Shown here: positions 1-13,615 of the stretch, piece after piece
Numbering within the stretch: the first letter of the stretch is position 1
Layout of the letters: every line of letters begins with the position of its first letter
From: Bugula neritina
Taxonomy: Eukaryota; Animalia; Bryozoa
Length of the DNA stretch: 64,000 bases
Assembly (NCBI GenBank): GCA_964035545.1
Contig: OZ037769.1
Location: forward strand, 868,001 to 932,000
Reading direction: 5' to 3'
Notes under the pieces: generated by a model
The model's database searches: none
What the model was told of the DNA's origin: nothing
What the model saw: only the letters and a program-made list of their open reading frames with translations
Position numbers and translations under genes: made by a program

Positions 1-728
1 ATGAAGCTTAAAATAAATATAAAGGGTGGTCACCCTACGTCCCAACTTACTCTGACACTAGTGTAACTAGGGTAGCACTAGCTAATTGCAAACTAGTTTG
101 TCCTCAGCTTAGCAATTGTAAATTGTTACTTCATGAATATTCCAGCAAAAAGATGATGTAGCAATGGAAACCAACGCAGAATGTTAATAGAGGTCATGAT
201 TCACTCCAGCCGCAAGTATTCTCCACTCTTAACACTTCACTGTGGAATAACGCAACTAGCCGCAGAAAGTAAAGGTTTAAGCTGGGGAGTAGAGTGATTA
301 TTTGAGGGTATTTCCTCACACAGATAATTCATTTCCTTATTTTGTAAACAAGTAACTGGAAACAAAACAACGCTTGACCTTCTTTTTACAACCACTGTCA
401 ACTATAGCCTACTCATTGTTGAAAATTACATCTTTCTAGACCCTTCCACTGTCACCATAAGAACATACAAATGTAGTTACTGAAAGCTTGTGAATTGTAT
501 TTTCCAACCAAATCATTCTGAAATGAAACCCTCAAACCTGGTAACCCTCAGAGCTGGTGTCTGTAGAATAGCAAGTGCTCTGTGTAAGATGTAAGTACTT
601 TATGAAAGGTGTAAGTTTCCTATGGTGTAAGTATACACATACTTATAGGTTGTTAGTGCAAGTGTAAGTGTAAGTTACAGAAACTGGGAGCACAAGACTA
701 CTAGCTATACTAGCAGTAGTTACTCCTA

Positions 729-905
729 ACTTACATGTAAGTACACAACCACATAATAGTCATATAAACTCTTTACTTACATGTAAGTACACAACCATAT
801 AATAGTCATATAAACTCTTTACTTACATGTAAATACACAGCCACATAATAGTCATATAAACTCTTCACTTACATGTAAGTACACAACCACATAATAGTCA
901 TATGA
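729..905. repeat. 46-bp minisatellite, ~4 copies
   Basis: Unit ACTTACATGTAAGTACACAACCACATAATAGTCATATAAACTCTTT starts at 729, 775, 821 and 867; the unit begins with the 14-bp palindrome ACTTACATGTAAGT. Confidence 0.85.
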
Positions 906-1099
906 ATATTCCACACTTACACACACTACTGAAACAGAGTGTCAAACGAAAAATCCCCACAAAGTATCTGATATTCAACATGTTTTCTATCGGGCTGACT
1001 GTGACAGCAACTTGTGTTAATATAAGTGAACTCTGACCCCAGATGAATGTTGAAGCATGCATTGCCTTTTACTCTCACGTCTTAACTAACAGCTGCTGA

Positions 1100-1306
1100 T
1101 GGTAGTAGTATGAGAATATTAGTAGTAATAATAGTTAAAATAGTAGTAATAGTAGCAGTAGCAGTGCTACTACTACTACTACTACTACTACTAGTACTAC
1201 TAGGACTAGTACTAGCAGTACTACTACACCAGTACTACTACACCAGTACTACTACTACTAGTACTGCTATCAGCGCTACTACTAGTCCTAGTAGTACTAG
1301 TAGTAC

Positions 1307-1338
<32 letters not shown>

Positions 1339-1670
1339 CTGGTGTAGTAGTACTGCTAGTACTAGTCCTAGTAGTACTAGTAGTAGTAGTAGTAGTAGTA
1401 GTAGTGCTACTACTACTGCTACTGCTACTACTACTACTACTAGTACTGCTACTACTACGACTAGTACTAGCAGTACTACTACTACTACTAGTACTAGCAG
1501 TACTACTACACTAGTACCGCTATCAGTACTACTACTACTAGTACTACTACTACTAGTACTACTACTACTAGTACTACTACTAGTACTAGCAGTACTACTA
1601 CACTAGTACTACTACTACTACTACTACTAGTACTACTAGTAGTAGTAGTAGTAGTAGTAGTACTAGTAGT
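1100..1670. repeat. (TAG)n/(CTA)n trinucleotide low-complexity tract with alternating orientation
   Basis: Blocks of tagtagtag alternate with ctactacta; this explains the spurious poly-V/L/S ORF 1110..1514. Confidence 0.9.
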
Positions 1671-2050
1671 ATATCATAGTGACTAGTCACACTGCCAGTG
1701 TGTAGAGTTAAATCAGACAATACATCATTTAAATGTGATTAGTAGTACATCCTGTTAGACTAGAGAACTGCACACATCTGTATGTCCAGAGCTAGTGATA
1801 GCCGTGGTGTAGTTAAGGCACACATCCCACTCACATTATATAACCTAGTAATGTAGTAACTAACCCTTAGCTAAGAGCTGCCATAGCAGCACACAGCCAC
1901 ACATTCTACAGAGATGACTGCCCGCCACCTCTCCTGGTACCAGCACAATACACTAGAATACTGAGAGAAATAATCCCCTTAATTACTGAATTTGGGATTA
2001 AATCAGCAGTTACAAGTACCTCTACAGCAGACCCACTGATCTCTACTCAC

Positions 2051-2342
2051 CTTTCTCTTTGTCGCTCAACTCGCCCTTGCTGACCTTGGTTCCCGGCTTC
2101 CTAGAGTTGACTGTGATGTTCTGTAGACTAAGGGCATTGGCGTTGGTAGCAATAGTCGTGATGGGGGTCAGTTCCATCTTCTCATCGTGTTTCTCGTGTT
2201 TGGCTATGGTGGTGATTTCTAGCGTCTCGGCATTGATGTAGTGCACAGCCGGTGCTATGAGGATTTGCTCTCCTTCACTTGTCTCGGGAATCATGACGAC
2301 TCTGTCAGCGTAACGCTGCTGTGGCTCTGCGTAAACAATCAT
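2051..2342 (-). CDS. Probable first coding exon of an unidentified gene continuing leftwards
   Basis: ATG-initiated ORF (MIVYAEPQQRYADRVV...SDKEK), more GC-rich than its flanks, ending at a strong donor AAG|GTGAGT (intron starts 2050). No recognisable domain; downstream exons not found. Confidence 0.45.
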
Positions 2343-5300
2343 GGTGTTGTAGCAGAAGATGGCACGGGTTACCAGAGAGTAGTGTGTAGCATGTAGTGGA
2401 GCAGAACTTTTACAAACTAGTAAAATGCTAGAAGGAGTTCATTCGGCACACATTTAATTAGTCACATTTCACTGGCTTTCTTCATTGAAGCATGTAAAAT
2501 TTAGGGAATACCCGTAGAGTGGGAGAACCCTCTGTTGCAGTACTCAAAACTAATCAAGCAAAACAAAACACTCAATAGCCACACGGAAGCAGGCGTGTGG
2601 AACACAAAGTCAAACAAATACTTACACGGAGTGAGAGAATCGGTCGTCTGCGCTGAGTAGCTCGTCTGTAGGGAGTAGCTTTCACACTGAGTGTATCCAG
2701 GCTGATTACAATGGCTGAAACTGCATAACTCGAGTAGAGTTTAGTGTTGCTGGTGATACGGGGTGATGATTGGTTGATTAGTATAGTGGTTGCTAAATCA
2801 GCCTACCAACTTTAGCTCCTACTCTAATGACAGAGCAAGGCCATCATTCACTCACTCGATCTGCCTAGTGTACCAACAATAGTCACATAGACCTGCATAT
2901 AATTTTACTTGATGGAAAGATATGCTAATTTATAGGTATGATCATTTATCATTCTTGTCATTTTATGCGCCTCAATGCCTGTATTCATCATGCAATGCTC
3001 ACATACTTAACTAGATACGTTTAGTCGAGAGCAAAAAATGCCCTCAATTCAAGTGAAATGGAATATACTGATAACATCAGCTAATGGAGTAATATTTTAG
3101 TCATTTTGCAACTGCCATGTGTATCATGAATAGCCTCTTTACAAACAACCGACAATGTAAATTCTTATTCTAAATACTACAATTACACAAAATGGTTTAC
3201 ACCCAGGCTCGCACAGCACTGTGACGAAATCACTCACCTCCTTGAAACTAGACACCTATTTGTAGGCAGAATGAAAATAGATATGGAGATTTTGCATGAC
3301 ATCAGCTACAAACAAAAATATGATGCAAGAATTTTAATTGAAACAATACAATGTTATGCAAAAGATGACAAGGGTTGTTTACAAGTCTCACTCAAATGTG
3401 GGGACATAAACATTGTTGTTTGTCGAGTATTCCTAGCCAGCAGTGAATAGCATTACCAAGGCAAGTGCCTTCAATGCTGAATTATGAAGAATGAAGTACT
3501 TCACATTATTTACTTCTTCAATCATATTCTATGATTGTTTATTATTTACAAGGTATGAAGAATTTAATAACCCTGCAAGTTCACCCTTTTATATAAGCAG
3601 ATATTGCAAAACATTATCATCACATTTCAACACACAAATATCTTACTTTTAAAGACAAATATCCTAATGCTCACAACTATTTTTTTAAATTTTTTCAAAC
3701 CGTAGTACCTTTTTCTTAAAAACTAAAGATTTAAATGCTAAAGACTGTAATATTGTGATAACAGAGGCTGTATTTGAAGAAATGAAACGGGTTGAATTCT
3801 GCTGATTCTCCCAGCAACATTGGAAGACTTATTGGTAAGCCATTTGACTAGGGATTATATCCAGTGATTAATTACCATAGAAACCCCTACAGAGCCATGG
3901 AATACTTAGAAATAAGAGTTTAGCCAGCATTGCAGGTGATTACAAGACCTCCAGGTGTTGACTCAACCATTTTGAAATAAGCTTCTTACAGCCCACCACT
4001 ATGTAGTCATATATTCAAGTGATGGTTGCTGAATATCTGCCTGGTTTAACTACTCCAATGGTTGGGGTATTCAAAGCAAATTTCATGACATCACTGAGTC
4101 TTCAGTCTGGTATCTGCTTCAGTAGATTTGAATAGCTAGGCGTGTGCAATCAGTTGTGTGGTTAGTTATGTGACAACAGTGACCTTTAACCTTCAACTTC
4201 ACTAAGATCTGTCATAGCATTTACAATTAGCTACTTGCACTTAACTTCTGTATTGTATTTCAAGGAAAACCAGAGCGAAATTAATTTGCTGCAATGAATT
4301 CTTGTTTCATGTCCATAAAACTTGTCAGGAAAGAATTTGAATACCGAACAAAATATGCACAGATAAAAAGAAGTCCTTGATATTCATATATGAATATAGC
4401 TATAGCTGTTCAATAAGTGCTTTCTCTTGGGAGTAAGCCACTTGCCAATAAGCGGCAGCAGGGCTAATCCTGACAGCTCTTGGCAGCACTAATGTAAAGA
4501 TAATTCCAGCAAGAGTTAAAGCAGACTACTGGCGGCTGTTTGCAAACAATTTTCTAATTCAAGCAATGTTTTCATGTTTAACAATTCTGGGAGAGGCATG
4601 TAGTATAAGGTTGGCCCCACTAAACAAGTAAAATCCAAATAAAACAATCACTGAAACTTTTCCTGAACCCAATACATTCAATTGAACTTTTAAAATATTT
4701 AAATGTTTTTTTCTCATACAAGCATTTAACTTTTACACAATTACAAAATTCACAGCACAGCTGGAAGGTAAAACAACTGTCAAAATTTGAGAAAACAAGA
4801 TTTTGAGGAGTAAATAGAAACTTGTAAGCTCAAAGTTATTTGTTTACAAACTGGTAGAGAGGAGAGTAAGGGTTAGTTCAAATCTTCAAAGAGGTGTAAC
4901 GTGTAGAGTATAAACCAGGAATATCATATTGCACAGCCTACTGGACCTGCTCCCATTCAACCACAAAGCATAGCTGACTACAATGGTCTTTATGAAATAC
5001 AATCTGCAGGTAAACAGAGCTGCGCAGGTAAACAGAGCTGCGCAGGTAAACAGAAAGCTACAGGTCCACTGAGTTGCAGATTCTGATAACAAAGTTACCA
5101 ATTCCTTATTCCAAAATATTGACTGCCCAAAACTTTTGGCAGAAAGGGTTTAGTGTTTGACCATTCCAACACTGAGTGAAATTTAAAAGAAATTTCACGT
5201 AGTAATAGCTATTTCTATGTATGCAGCTAAAAACAATAATAAAAAATCACTATTAAAACTTGTCAATTTTCTAATGACATGATATTAGATACCAGTGGCA

Positions 5301-7027
5301 TGGCTAGGCGGTACAAATAGCATTCTTTTGACACTTTAAAAGAACAATACAGCAGCGAGTATACTACTATAGTACTATGGTATTAGTACTTCAGTTAGCC
5401 ATCACTAATTCCAATGTTGTAAGTTGAGAAATGTAAATTAAATTTTATGTTTTGGACACTTTGGGTTTTGCATTATGTAAGCAACGTTTCTAGTTATCTA
5501 ATTGGCACCAACGAATCTCTTTGAGCTATGCCAAAAATACATCAACCTTTTCCTGAAATAAGTGTTATGCAAGAAGTAACTAATCTACAAGCGTCACTGA
5601 GTTTTATATAATGCTATGTAAAGTTTTGAAATCGTTCTCTTAGTTGTTCTAGCAGCTTCATAGTTGATTATTACTTTATTAAAGTTATGAAGATTTGCAA
5701 ACATTCTCTGGTTCTTTTATTTGATATTAAATAAAATAAACCATTTAACAATCCAACTTGCAGTTCCAGCGCAACAGCTACAATAAGGTTAGTTTGCTGC
5801 ACCTTAGTCTTGTTTTGTCTGAAATATCTTGACATTCCAACACATATACCTCCAGTCAAAGAAACTGATACAAGTCTCCAGCAGACACTGTGACATCCAC
5901 TGTAGTTCTGATTGAAAGACTCAGTACAGACTCAATCCAAGTCTAATTCTTTGTATCATGTCTTTTCATGATGAAAATAATTTTGTATCTGGAGCAGTTG
6001 CACTGACTATAAGCTATTTCAAGTTGCAGTATTCAACATAAAGATATTTCATATTATTAAGGCTCAGCCCACACTCGTGCTATGCTAAACATTAATAGCA
6101 GCTGACAATAAATACAGCAAATGCTGACATTAGAAGTAAGTAGTAGTTATTGTCCTGTGGTAAGTGAGTGACAGGATATATTTCAGCTTAAGAATACAAA
6201 TTCAGTCTCAAAGCAGGAATAATGTGCAGACAGTCGACTAATTTGCTCTTCCATTACATACTTTCTATTAACACCATTAATACTAGAAATAGTCACTAAA
6301 TATACTTCAGCACTAAATATTTTTCTATTATTTAATAAAATAGTATGAAACATGATGCCTAGTAGTTATAATAACAGTCATGTTCAAAATAAATATCCTT
6401 TAATATTTCATATTTAACTTCTTGAAATATTATTTGAACTGAATGCATGCTCAATCATCACGACTCTGGCTATCACAATCGCAATGAAAATCATTTCCAC
6501 GATAGCAAGCCTAAGTGGTTGTCATAGTCATTGTACAACTAACTGTGCCTATCTCTTATCACTTAGGCCCTTTGAAATTAAATGTTGCAATATAAATACC
6601 CATGTTCATTTTGATATTCAATGTCAATATCATATCGATAATCCTAGTAGTAATACTACGAGTAGTAGTACTAGTAGTAGCAGCAGTGTCATTAAAATAT
6701 AATTTTAAGTTTACGTATTATACTAAATGCATATAATAAGAAATTAGAAATAGCAACAATAATTATTATTATAATAAGTGACAACTAAAAGAACTATAGC
6801 CATAGGCATAGGTAATAATTATATTATTTCAATCTATTAAATAATTATTCACAAAATAAAATTAAATTATAATTCCAAATATTTATATTATCATTTTATT
6901 TATATTATTATAATTATATAAACATTTAAAATAATTTAACCCATCATATTTATGATTATCATTATGTTTATGGCCTTTAGTTTTACTCTTATAGTTAGTG
7001 CTACACTTGCAGTTACTACACCACTAC

Positions 7028-7222
7028 TGTTGATGATATGCTGAATAAGCTTTGTTTTTGTTTGTAAAGGTTTATACTTTATACTATGTTATTCGTGTTA
7101 TTAATAATAGTCAGTTTGTGCTTTTAGATCTATCCAGAGTGGACCTTTAATATCTTGAGCAATAAACTATCTTAAACTCTTTGACCGGTCTCTGAATCTA
7201 TAAAGCAAACATAGCATAAACA
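7028..7222 (+). repeat. 5' LTR
   Basis: TGTTGATG...ATAAACA; identical by eye to the 3' copy; contains AATAAA. Confidence 0.95.
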
Positions 7223-7240
7223 TGGTGCCCCGAGTGAGGA
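7223..7240 (+). promoter_or_regulatory. Primer binding site complementary to the 3' end of elongator tRNA-Met
   Basis: TGGTGCCCCGAGTGAGGA is the reverse complement of TCCTCACTCGGGGCACCA, one mismatch from the metazoan elongator tRNA-Met 3' end as I recall it (TCCTCACACGGGGCACCA). Confidence 0.75.
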
Positions 7241-7331
7241 CTTAAAGAAACTAAAAGTAAAGTGTTTGCTGGAAAGAGAGACAACAAACAATACAACTAA
7301 ATCAAAAACAACAAAAAATCACAATATCAAG

Positions 7332-8078
7332 ATGAGTATCAGTGTTGACTTTTTAGCCCCCAAGCCTATTCAAGATGGCTCTGACTTGTCCAACCAGTGG
7401 ACGAGATTTAAAGAAGAATTTGAGCTATTCCTCACAGCAGCTGAGAAAGCAAATTCTGATGATAAAGTCAAAGTAGCCATTATGTTAAGATGCATAGGCC
7501 CAAGAGGCAACGACATATTCAAAACATTCACTTTCTCAGATGGTAAATCAAAAGAAGTCTATGCTGATGTTGTGGAGAAGTTTGATGCTTTTTGTCAACA
7601 AGGCACTAATAAAGTAGTAAAAAGACATCAACTGTTATCAACCAAGCAGAATACCATGAACATTGATGAATATGTCACCTCGCTTCACAAAATCGCTCGA
7701 GAGTGTCAACTGGACACAATGTATGACGATTTCATGCTTCAAGCTTTACTCCTGGGCATCAACGATGCCCAACTAAGAAGGAAGCTATTTGATGATGCCA
7801 GCGGGGACATTGGCTTAGGACTAGAAGAAGCTATAAAGAAATGTCGTATTGCTGAGAATTCAAGGAATGACATGGCTGCAATCCAGTCTGAAGAATCAGT
7901 GCAGTTCATCGGTTCCAAAAAGAAGCATAATAAGCCAAGCAAAGATGAGGATGATAATGCAGTAAGGTCCACTCGAACAGGAAACTTCTCAAAAGGAAGT
8001 TGTGGCAACTGTGGGCAGTCTCACCCTCCCAGAAAGTGTCCTGCATACGGTCACCAGTGTCATAACTGCAAAAAGTGA
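7332..8078 (+). CDS. gag: Retrotransposon Gag with CCHC zinc knuckle; second knuckle truncated
   Basis: ATG at 7332 (MSISVDFLAPKP...W..F...FELFL); CGNCGQSHPPRKC knuckle followed by PAYGHQCHNCKK and a stop. Confidence 0.85.
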   Translation: MSISVDFLAPKPIQDGSDLSNQWTRFKEEFELFLTAAEKANSDDKVKVAIMLRCIGPRGNDIFKTFTFSDGKSKEVYADVVEKFDAFCQQGTNKVVKRHQLLSTKQNTMNIDEYVTSLHKIARECQLDTMYDDFMLQALLLGINDAQLRRKLFDDASGDIGLGLEEAIKKCRIAENSRNDMAAIQSEESVQFIGSKKKHNKPSKDEDDNAVRSTRTGNFSKGSCGNCGQSHPPRKCPAYGHQCHNCKK

Positions 8079-11000
8079 TGGCTCAAGTGAATCGTTGTTG
8101 AGCATACAGGTAGTCAGAAAGAACAAAAAGTTGATGACAACTATAAGAGCCAGTGTGAATGATAGTCACAAACCGACACAGTTTCAGATTGACACAGGAG
8201 CATCCTGTAACATTCTCAATCACAAAGATTTTGTTGATCTCGGTAAGCCAAAGCTTGACAACAACCAGACAAGACTAAAGCAGTTTGATGGTTCTATCAC
8301 TCGAGCATTAGGAGGATGCGAACTGGAAGTAGCTGGAGAGAAGCTGTATTTTCTGGTGCACAAGACACAAAATCACAGCCTTCTATCTGGTGAGGCCGCT
8401 CTTCAGCTCGGTTTGATAACCATTAAAGAGGAGTGGGTTAACCTAATAAGCAATGCCAGCCTAGATGACATTCTCGGAAGCTACCCAGAGGTTTTTGAAG
8501 GTATTGGATGTTTGCCTGGGGAATACCATATTGAAATAGATGATAAGGCTATCCCAAGACAAAGTCACAACAGAAAGACGCCTCTCTCGATGGTAGCTGA
8601 TCTCAAACAAAAATTGCAGTCATACACCCAGAAAGGTATCTTAAGTCCAGTAGACTATCCAACAGCTTGGATAAACAATCATGTGGCTGTGAGAAAACCC
8701 AATGGCACACTGAGAGTATGTTTAGACCCAAGCAACCTAAACCAAGTGATTCAAAGAAATCATTTTCCAATGCCGACGCTGGACGATGTGCTTAGCGAGC
8801 TGGATGGTGCTCGAGTATTCTCATTGTGTGATGCCAAGGACGGCTTTCTGCAGATAAAGCTCAGCAAAAAGTCCAGTGATTTAACTACATTCTGGACGCC
8901 ATTTGGCAAATACAAATGGCTGAGGATGCCTTTTGGGTTGTCCTCAAGTCCTGAAGAGTTCCAGAGGAGACTCTCAGATGCACTTAGCGGTCTCGACGGA
9001 GTAACTGTAGTAGCAGACGACATCCTAATTTATGGGAAAGGAGCTACTCAAGCGGAAGCAGTGCAAGACCATAACCAAAAGCTCGAAAAACTTTTAGCCA
9101 GAGCACGTAGGGTTAATCTCAAGCTAAACAAAGAAAAATGTAAGTTTCTTCTAGAAGAGCTACCTTATATTGGTCATTTGATAACAAAAGATGGAGTGAA
9201 GCCCGATCCTAATAAAATCCGAGCCATAACGGACATGAAGCCCCCTGTCAACAGTGAAGAAATACAGAGGTTTCTTGGTCATGTGAACTACCTATCAAAG
9301 TTCATACCTCACTGCTCTGCTGAATGTGAACCACTAAGACGGCTGATTGGTGTAAGCAAGGAAGAGTTTGTCTGGGGCCAAGATCAAAAGAGAGCGTTTG
9401 ATGAGATTAAAAAACTCATCACGAAAACTTCTTCACTCAAATACTTCAACATGAACCAGCCAGTAGTTGTACCGACTGATGCAAGTCTAGAAGGGCTCGG
9501 AGCTGTACTTTTACAACAGGGACAACCAGTAAGCTATGGCTCTAGAAGTTTGACAGATAGTGAGAAAAACTATGCACCTATTGAACTAGAACTTCTGGCC
9601 ATCGTCTATGGGATGCAGAAATACGATCAGTACGTTTTTGGAAACCCAGATGTAACTGTACACACGGATCACCACCCTTTAGAAACAATATTTAAGAAGC
9701 CTCTGAACAAAGCGCCTAAACGCCTGCAATCAATGCTATTAGCTCTGCAAAGATACCAAATTAAAGTGCACTACAAACCTGGTTCTGAACAAGTTACAGC
9801 AGACATGCTGTCTCGCGCTCCTGTTGGTGAACCCCAGAACAATACATCAAAAGAACAGATTTTCACAGTTAATCAATTAAAGTCATTTATGTCTGACCTA
9901 AGCGAAACGGGTCTGAGGCAAGACCTGCCAGTGTCAGAAGCGACCTATAAACTGATCCAACAGCATACGGGTAATGATCCAGTAATGGTGCAGCTGCAAT
10001 CTCTGATAACCTCAGGATGGCCTAACAAATTATTTCAACTTCCAGAAGAGGTGAAGCCGTACTATTCATACAAAGATGAACTTGCAGTACTAGATGGGAT
10101 TATTTATAAAGGATCTAGACTGGTTGTGCCCATAGCTGCCAGAGGTGAGATACTCAACAAGCTTCACACTAGCCATCAAGGAACAGCTGCCACTATCAGA
10201 AGAGCTCGCAATGCGGTATTCTGGCCTCAAATGGCTGAGGACATTCGAATGAAAACTGACAAGTGTGTCACATGTGCAATGGATGCACCTTTACAACAGC
10301 ATGAGTCTCTGCAAAACCATGACATACCAGACTTACCTTGGAGTAAAGTAGGCATGGACATACTAACCTATAAGCATTAGGATTATTTGATGCTGGTAGA
10401 TTATTACTCTGACTTCTTTGAGTGTGAACCTTTATCTGATACACAATCTAGAGCAGTAATCAAGGCTTGCAAGAAAACTTTCGCAAGGTATGGAATCCCT
10501 CACCAGCTTCAATCAGACAATGGACCACAATTCACCTCGGCCGATTTTGCTCGATTTAGCACTGAATGGGGTTTCAGCCATACAACCTCATCTCCGGGAC
10601 ATCAGCAGTCGAATGGGAAGGCAGAAGCAGCAGTTAAAATAATCAAAAGGCTGATGAAGAGAGCAGAAGACCCATATTTGGCTCTGCTAGAGTATCGAAA
10701 TACCCCGACTGCAGGGATGACCTCATCACCAGCTCAGAGGATGTTTGGGCATTCCACGAGGTCTATTCTTCCTACAGGTGACATGCCAAAGAACAATGTC
10801 TTACAGCAAAAAGCTAACAAGAGAAAAGTGGTACAGAGCAGCTACAATAAATCAGCTAAAGATTTGACAAAGTTGGCTATTGGCTCGCCAGTGCTGCTGA
10901 GAGACTTTGTGTCACAAAAGACTAGATGGCAGCAGGGTAGAGTGGTTGAACAGCTGTCGGACCGATCATACCTTGTCTCAAACAAAGACACAGACATGGC

Positions 11001-11253
11001 TGTGAGGCGAAACAGGGCCGATTTGCGCCCTCTGAGTGATGTGGAAGCTAGTCAGCCATTGACTACAGTTGAAATACCAACAGACGCCAATGACCCAGTA
11101 TCCAGTCATTCTGTTCCAGACGCACAGATTCAATCAGCCGCAACAGCAATTCCTACAGAAGTGAATACAAACCCTGATCCAACCCCAGTTAGATGGCAAC
11201 GGTCAAGACAAACAAAAACCCCAGCTAAATATGAACAATACGAACTATACTAG
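8002..11253 (+). pseudogene. pol: Retrotransposon Pol (protease, RT, RNase H, integrase) with in-frame TAG at 10378-10380
   Basis: Protease FQIDTGAS; RT MPFGL and VVADDILIY; RNase H TDAS and ELELLAI; integrase HTSHQG..CVTC, GMDIL, SDNGPQF, SNGKAEAAV. ORF 10387..11253 continues in the same frame after the stop (YKH*DYLMLVDYYS). Confidence 0.9.
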
Positions 11254-11521
11254 ATAATTATACCTAATCTGACCGAAGGCAATCGGACAATAAACTCTTG
11301 AAAAAAAAAAACAAAAAAAACTTAGATTTAAATAGCCCAAACCCAGAAAATAATATACTGTACTTTAAATTAACAAGGGAGACAATCTTGTAATAATATG
11401 CTAATCTGCTATAGACTGTTAATAACAAAATTGTATTACTTGTTCATGTATCAATTCTTAATTTTTTGTTTAGTTTTTTTTCGTTTGTTTGTTCAACATT
11501 GTCAAAGATTTGTAAAGGGGA

Positions 11522-11716
11522 TGTTGATGATATGCTGAATAAGCTTTGTTTTTGTTTGTAAAGGTTTATACTTTATACTATGTTATTCGTGTTATTAATA
11601 ATAGTCAGTTTGTGCTTTTAGATCTATCCAGAGTGGACCTTTAATATCTTGAGCAATAAACTATCTTAAACTCTTTGACCGGTCTCTGAATCTATAAAGC
11701 AAACATAGCATAAACA
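11522..11716 (+). repeat. 3' LTR
   Basis: Identical by eye to 7028-7222; preceded by the PPT and followed by TSD ACTAC. Confidence 0.95.
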
Positions 11717-13535
11717 ACTACTATTAGTATTAGTATTACTATTAGTAATAGTATTACTATTGGTATTATTAAAAATTAAAATATAGTAGTTATTATTTAT
11801 TATATTGAATTTAACTACTATAACTATAAGTATAAGCATAAGTATATCATCATATTTAATAATTAATATTATAATCATTATTATTATATTTATAAAGTAA
11901 TATTCGAAGTTAGGATTGGGTGTGTATAACTATAATTAAAATTATCAATATAAATATTATTATCAATTTATGAATATAAAATTGAATAACATGAAATTGA
12001 ATAACTTAATATGAATATGAATATCAATAAGTCAAAGTGGATATGAAATTGAATATGATTATGAAATTGAATATCAATCATATGATAATCATATTGATAA
12101 TAATAATAATAATATTAATAATAAATTCAACATTTATAAATAATATAAATATCAATATGGCAATGTACCTATGACCAAGAATCAGGGAATGAGATACATA
12201 CATTTACAATGAAATTGGTACTATGGTCTGTTAGCTGATGATTTCTTTTGAGTAAGCATGTGCTCACAAATATAGTAAACACTGTAATTTTGTTTTAAAT
12301 TCTATTTCAACTGCAGACGGCAGTGCAGAGGCTGTCACAATTAGAACTAGTAGTACTGAATTGTTTTATTAGCAGCGCTAAGTTAGAGGATGACTGAGTG
12401 CAGTGTTTTGCAGTTTTCGAGTTTGCAGTTGGGAGTTTCAAACTGCTGCACTTAGTCAACCCCAGATTGGAGCTGCTTATAGATTAATTCATTAAAACCA
12501 GACAACCACTTTGCATGTGCGCTCCACGTTTGTTTTTACTTCCTAGCTTTAGTGAATAATGGCCCGTCAATGCAAATGTGAACAAGGTTGTTTCTTTCAA
12601 AGACATAAGGCTATAGTAATACCTCAAGACACGTCTTTGAGCCGAGCTCTCTGTGCTGCGATAATATTTCTAAACAAATCAATTGAGAGCGAGTCCATTA
12701 CAGCTTGTTTACAGCTTCCGGTATTCAAAAGGATAGGGAGTTACCATCGTTACCTAATCTGCATATAAATATTGCTCATGCAAGTTTAGCATTTATATAA
12801 TATGCATCGCAATCTGGACACAATGTAACAGTTATGTAGCACTATACAATAATATATAGCTATACATATATACCACAGTATAACTATATTTATATGTTTA
12901 AGTAATCAAATCATTGGAGTATGCATATACGCTATCTTGGAACCATTTTGATTTTACCGGTTTTAAGAAAACAAAACTAATTTCACTAGATAGGCCTGTT
13001 ACACTTACTATAATACTATGACATTTCCACACCAAGTATGCTACTACATTACCTCTGTCTTTGCAGTAGAATTATGTAATTCAACTACTCATCTTTAAGC
13101 ATCAAGCTTTAGCACTATAACAAATCAGATGTTTATATATAATACACACTGCATATACTATTACACAATTACATATATACTGCATATTAGTCACATAATT
13201 ATTTGCTGTATTACAGCAGCTATAATTGTGCGTAAGTCAACCACTCAGTCAAGTGATACATATCATAACATTTCGATATTATATAATATCCCTGTGCTGT
13301 ATATAATGATGTCTCATCTATAATAAGTGGCTATAGACACACTCATTTGTTTTAGAAAAATAATAAAACAGAAACATGTTACTTTTAATATAATAATTTA
13401 TACTATGATATTTTTGCTACATCTATTTTATAGTTTGCATATGGCTTCTACATTATAGATTCTATATTACAACTTCCATATTACAATTTCAATATTATAA
13501 TATTTCTATACTACATTATAAATTATAGCTCCTTA

Positions 13536-13615
13536 TATATTACAACTCCTATATTACAACTCCTATATTACAACTCCTATATTATAACTCCTATATTACA
13601 ACTCCTATATTATAA
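13536..13615. repeat. 14-bp tandem repeat (TATTACAACTCCTA)
   Basis: About 5 near-perfect copies. Confidence 0.75.

Larger units (their letters stand above)
7028..11716 (+). mobile_element. Full-length Ty3/Gypsy LTR retrotransposon (Mag-like), coding region disrupted
   Basis: 195-bp LTRs TG...CA at 7028-7222 and 11522-11716; 5-bp TSD ACTAC (7023-7027, 11717-11721); PBS directly after the 5' LTR; purine tract AAAGGGGA before the 3' LTR; domain order gag-PR-RT-RH-IN. Confidence 0.96.

Noticed and set aside
729-905. Regularly spaced palindromic repeats resembling a CRISPR array
   Set aside because: The intervening sequences are identical rather than unique spacers; eukaryotic minisatellite with no cas genes.
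1110-1514. 134-aa hydrophobic ORF resembling a membrane protein
   Set aside because: Translation of (TAG)n/(CTA)n simple repeats.
8069-8078. Possible -1 ribosomal frameshift site (C AAA AAG) at the gag-pol junction
   Set aside because: Pol is in the +1 frame relative to gag, the heptamer is not X XXY YYZ, and the knuckle is cut mid-motif, which favours a deletion.
7739-9023. Antisense ORFs within the retrotransposon
   Set aside because: Shadows of gag/pol with no independent coding evidence.
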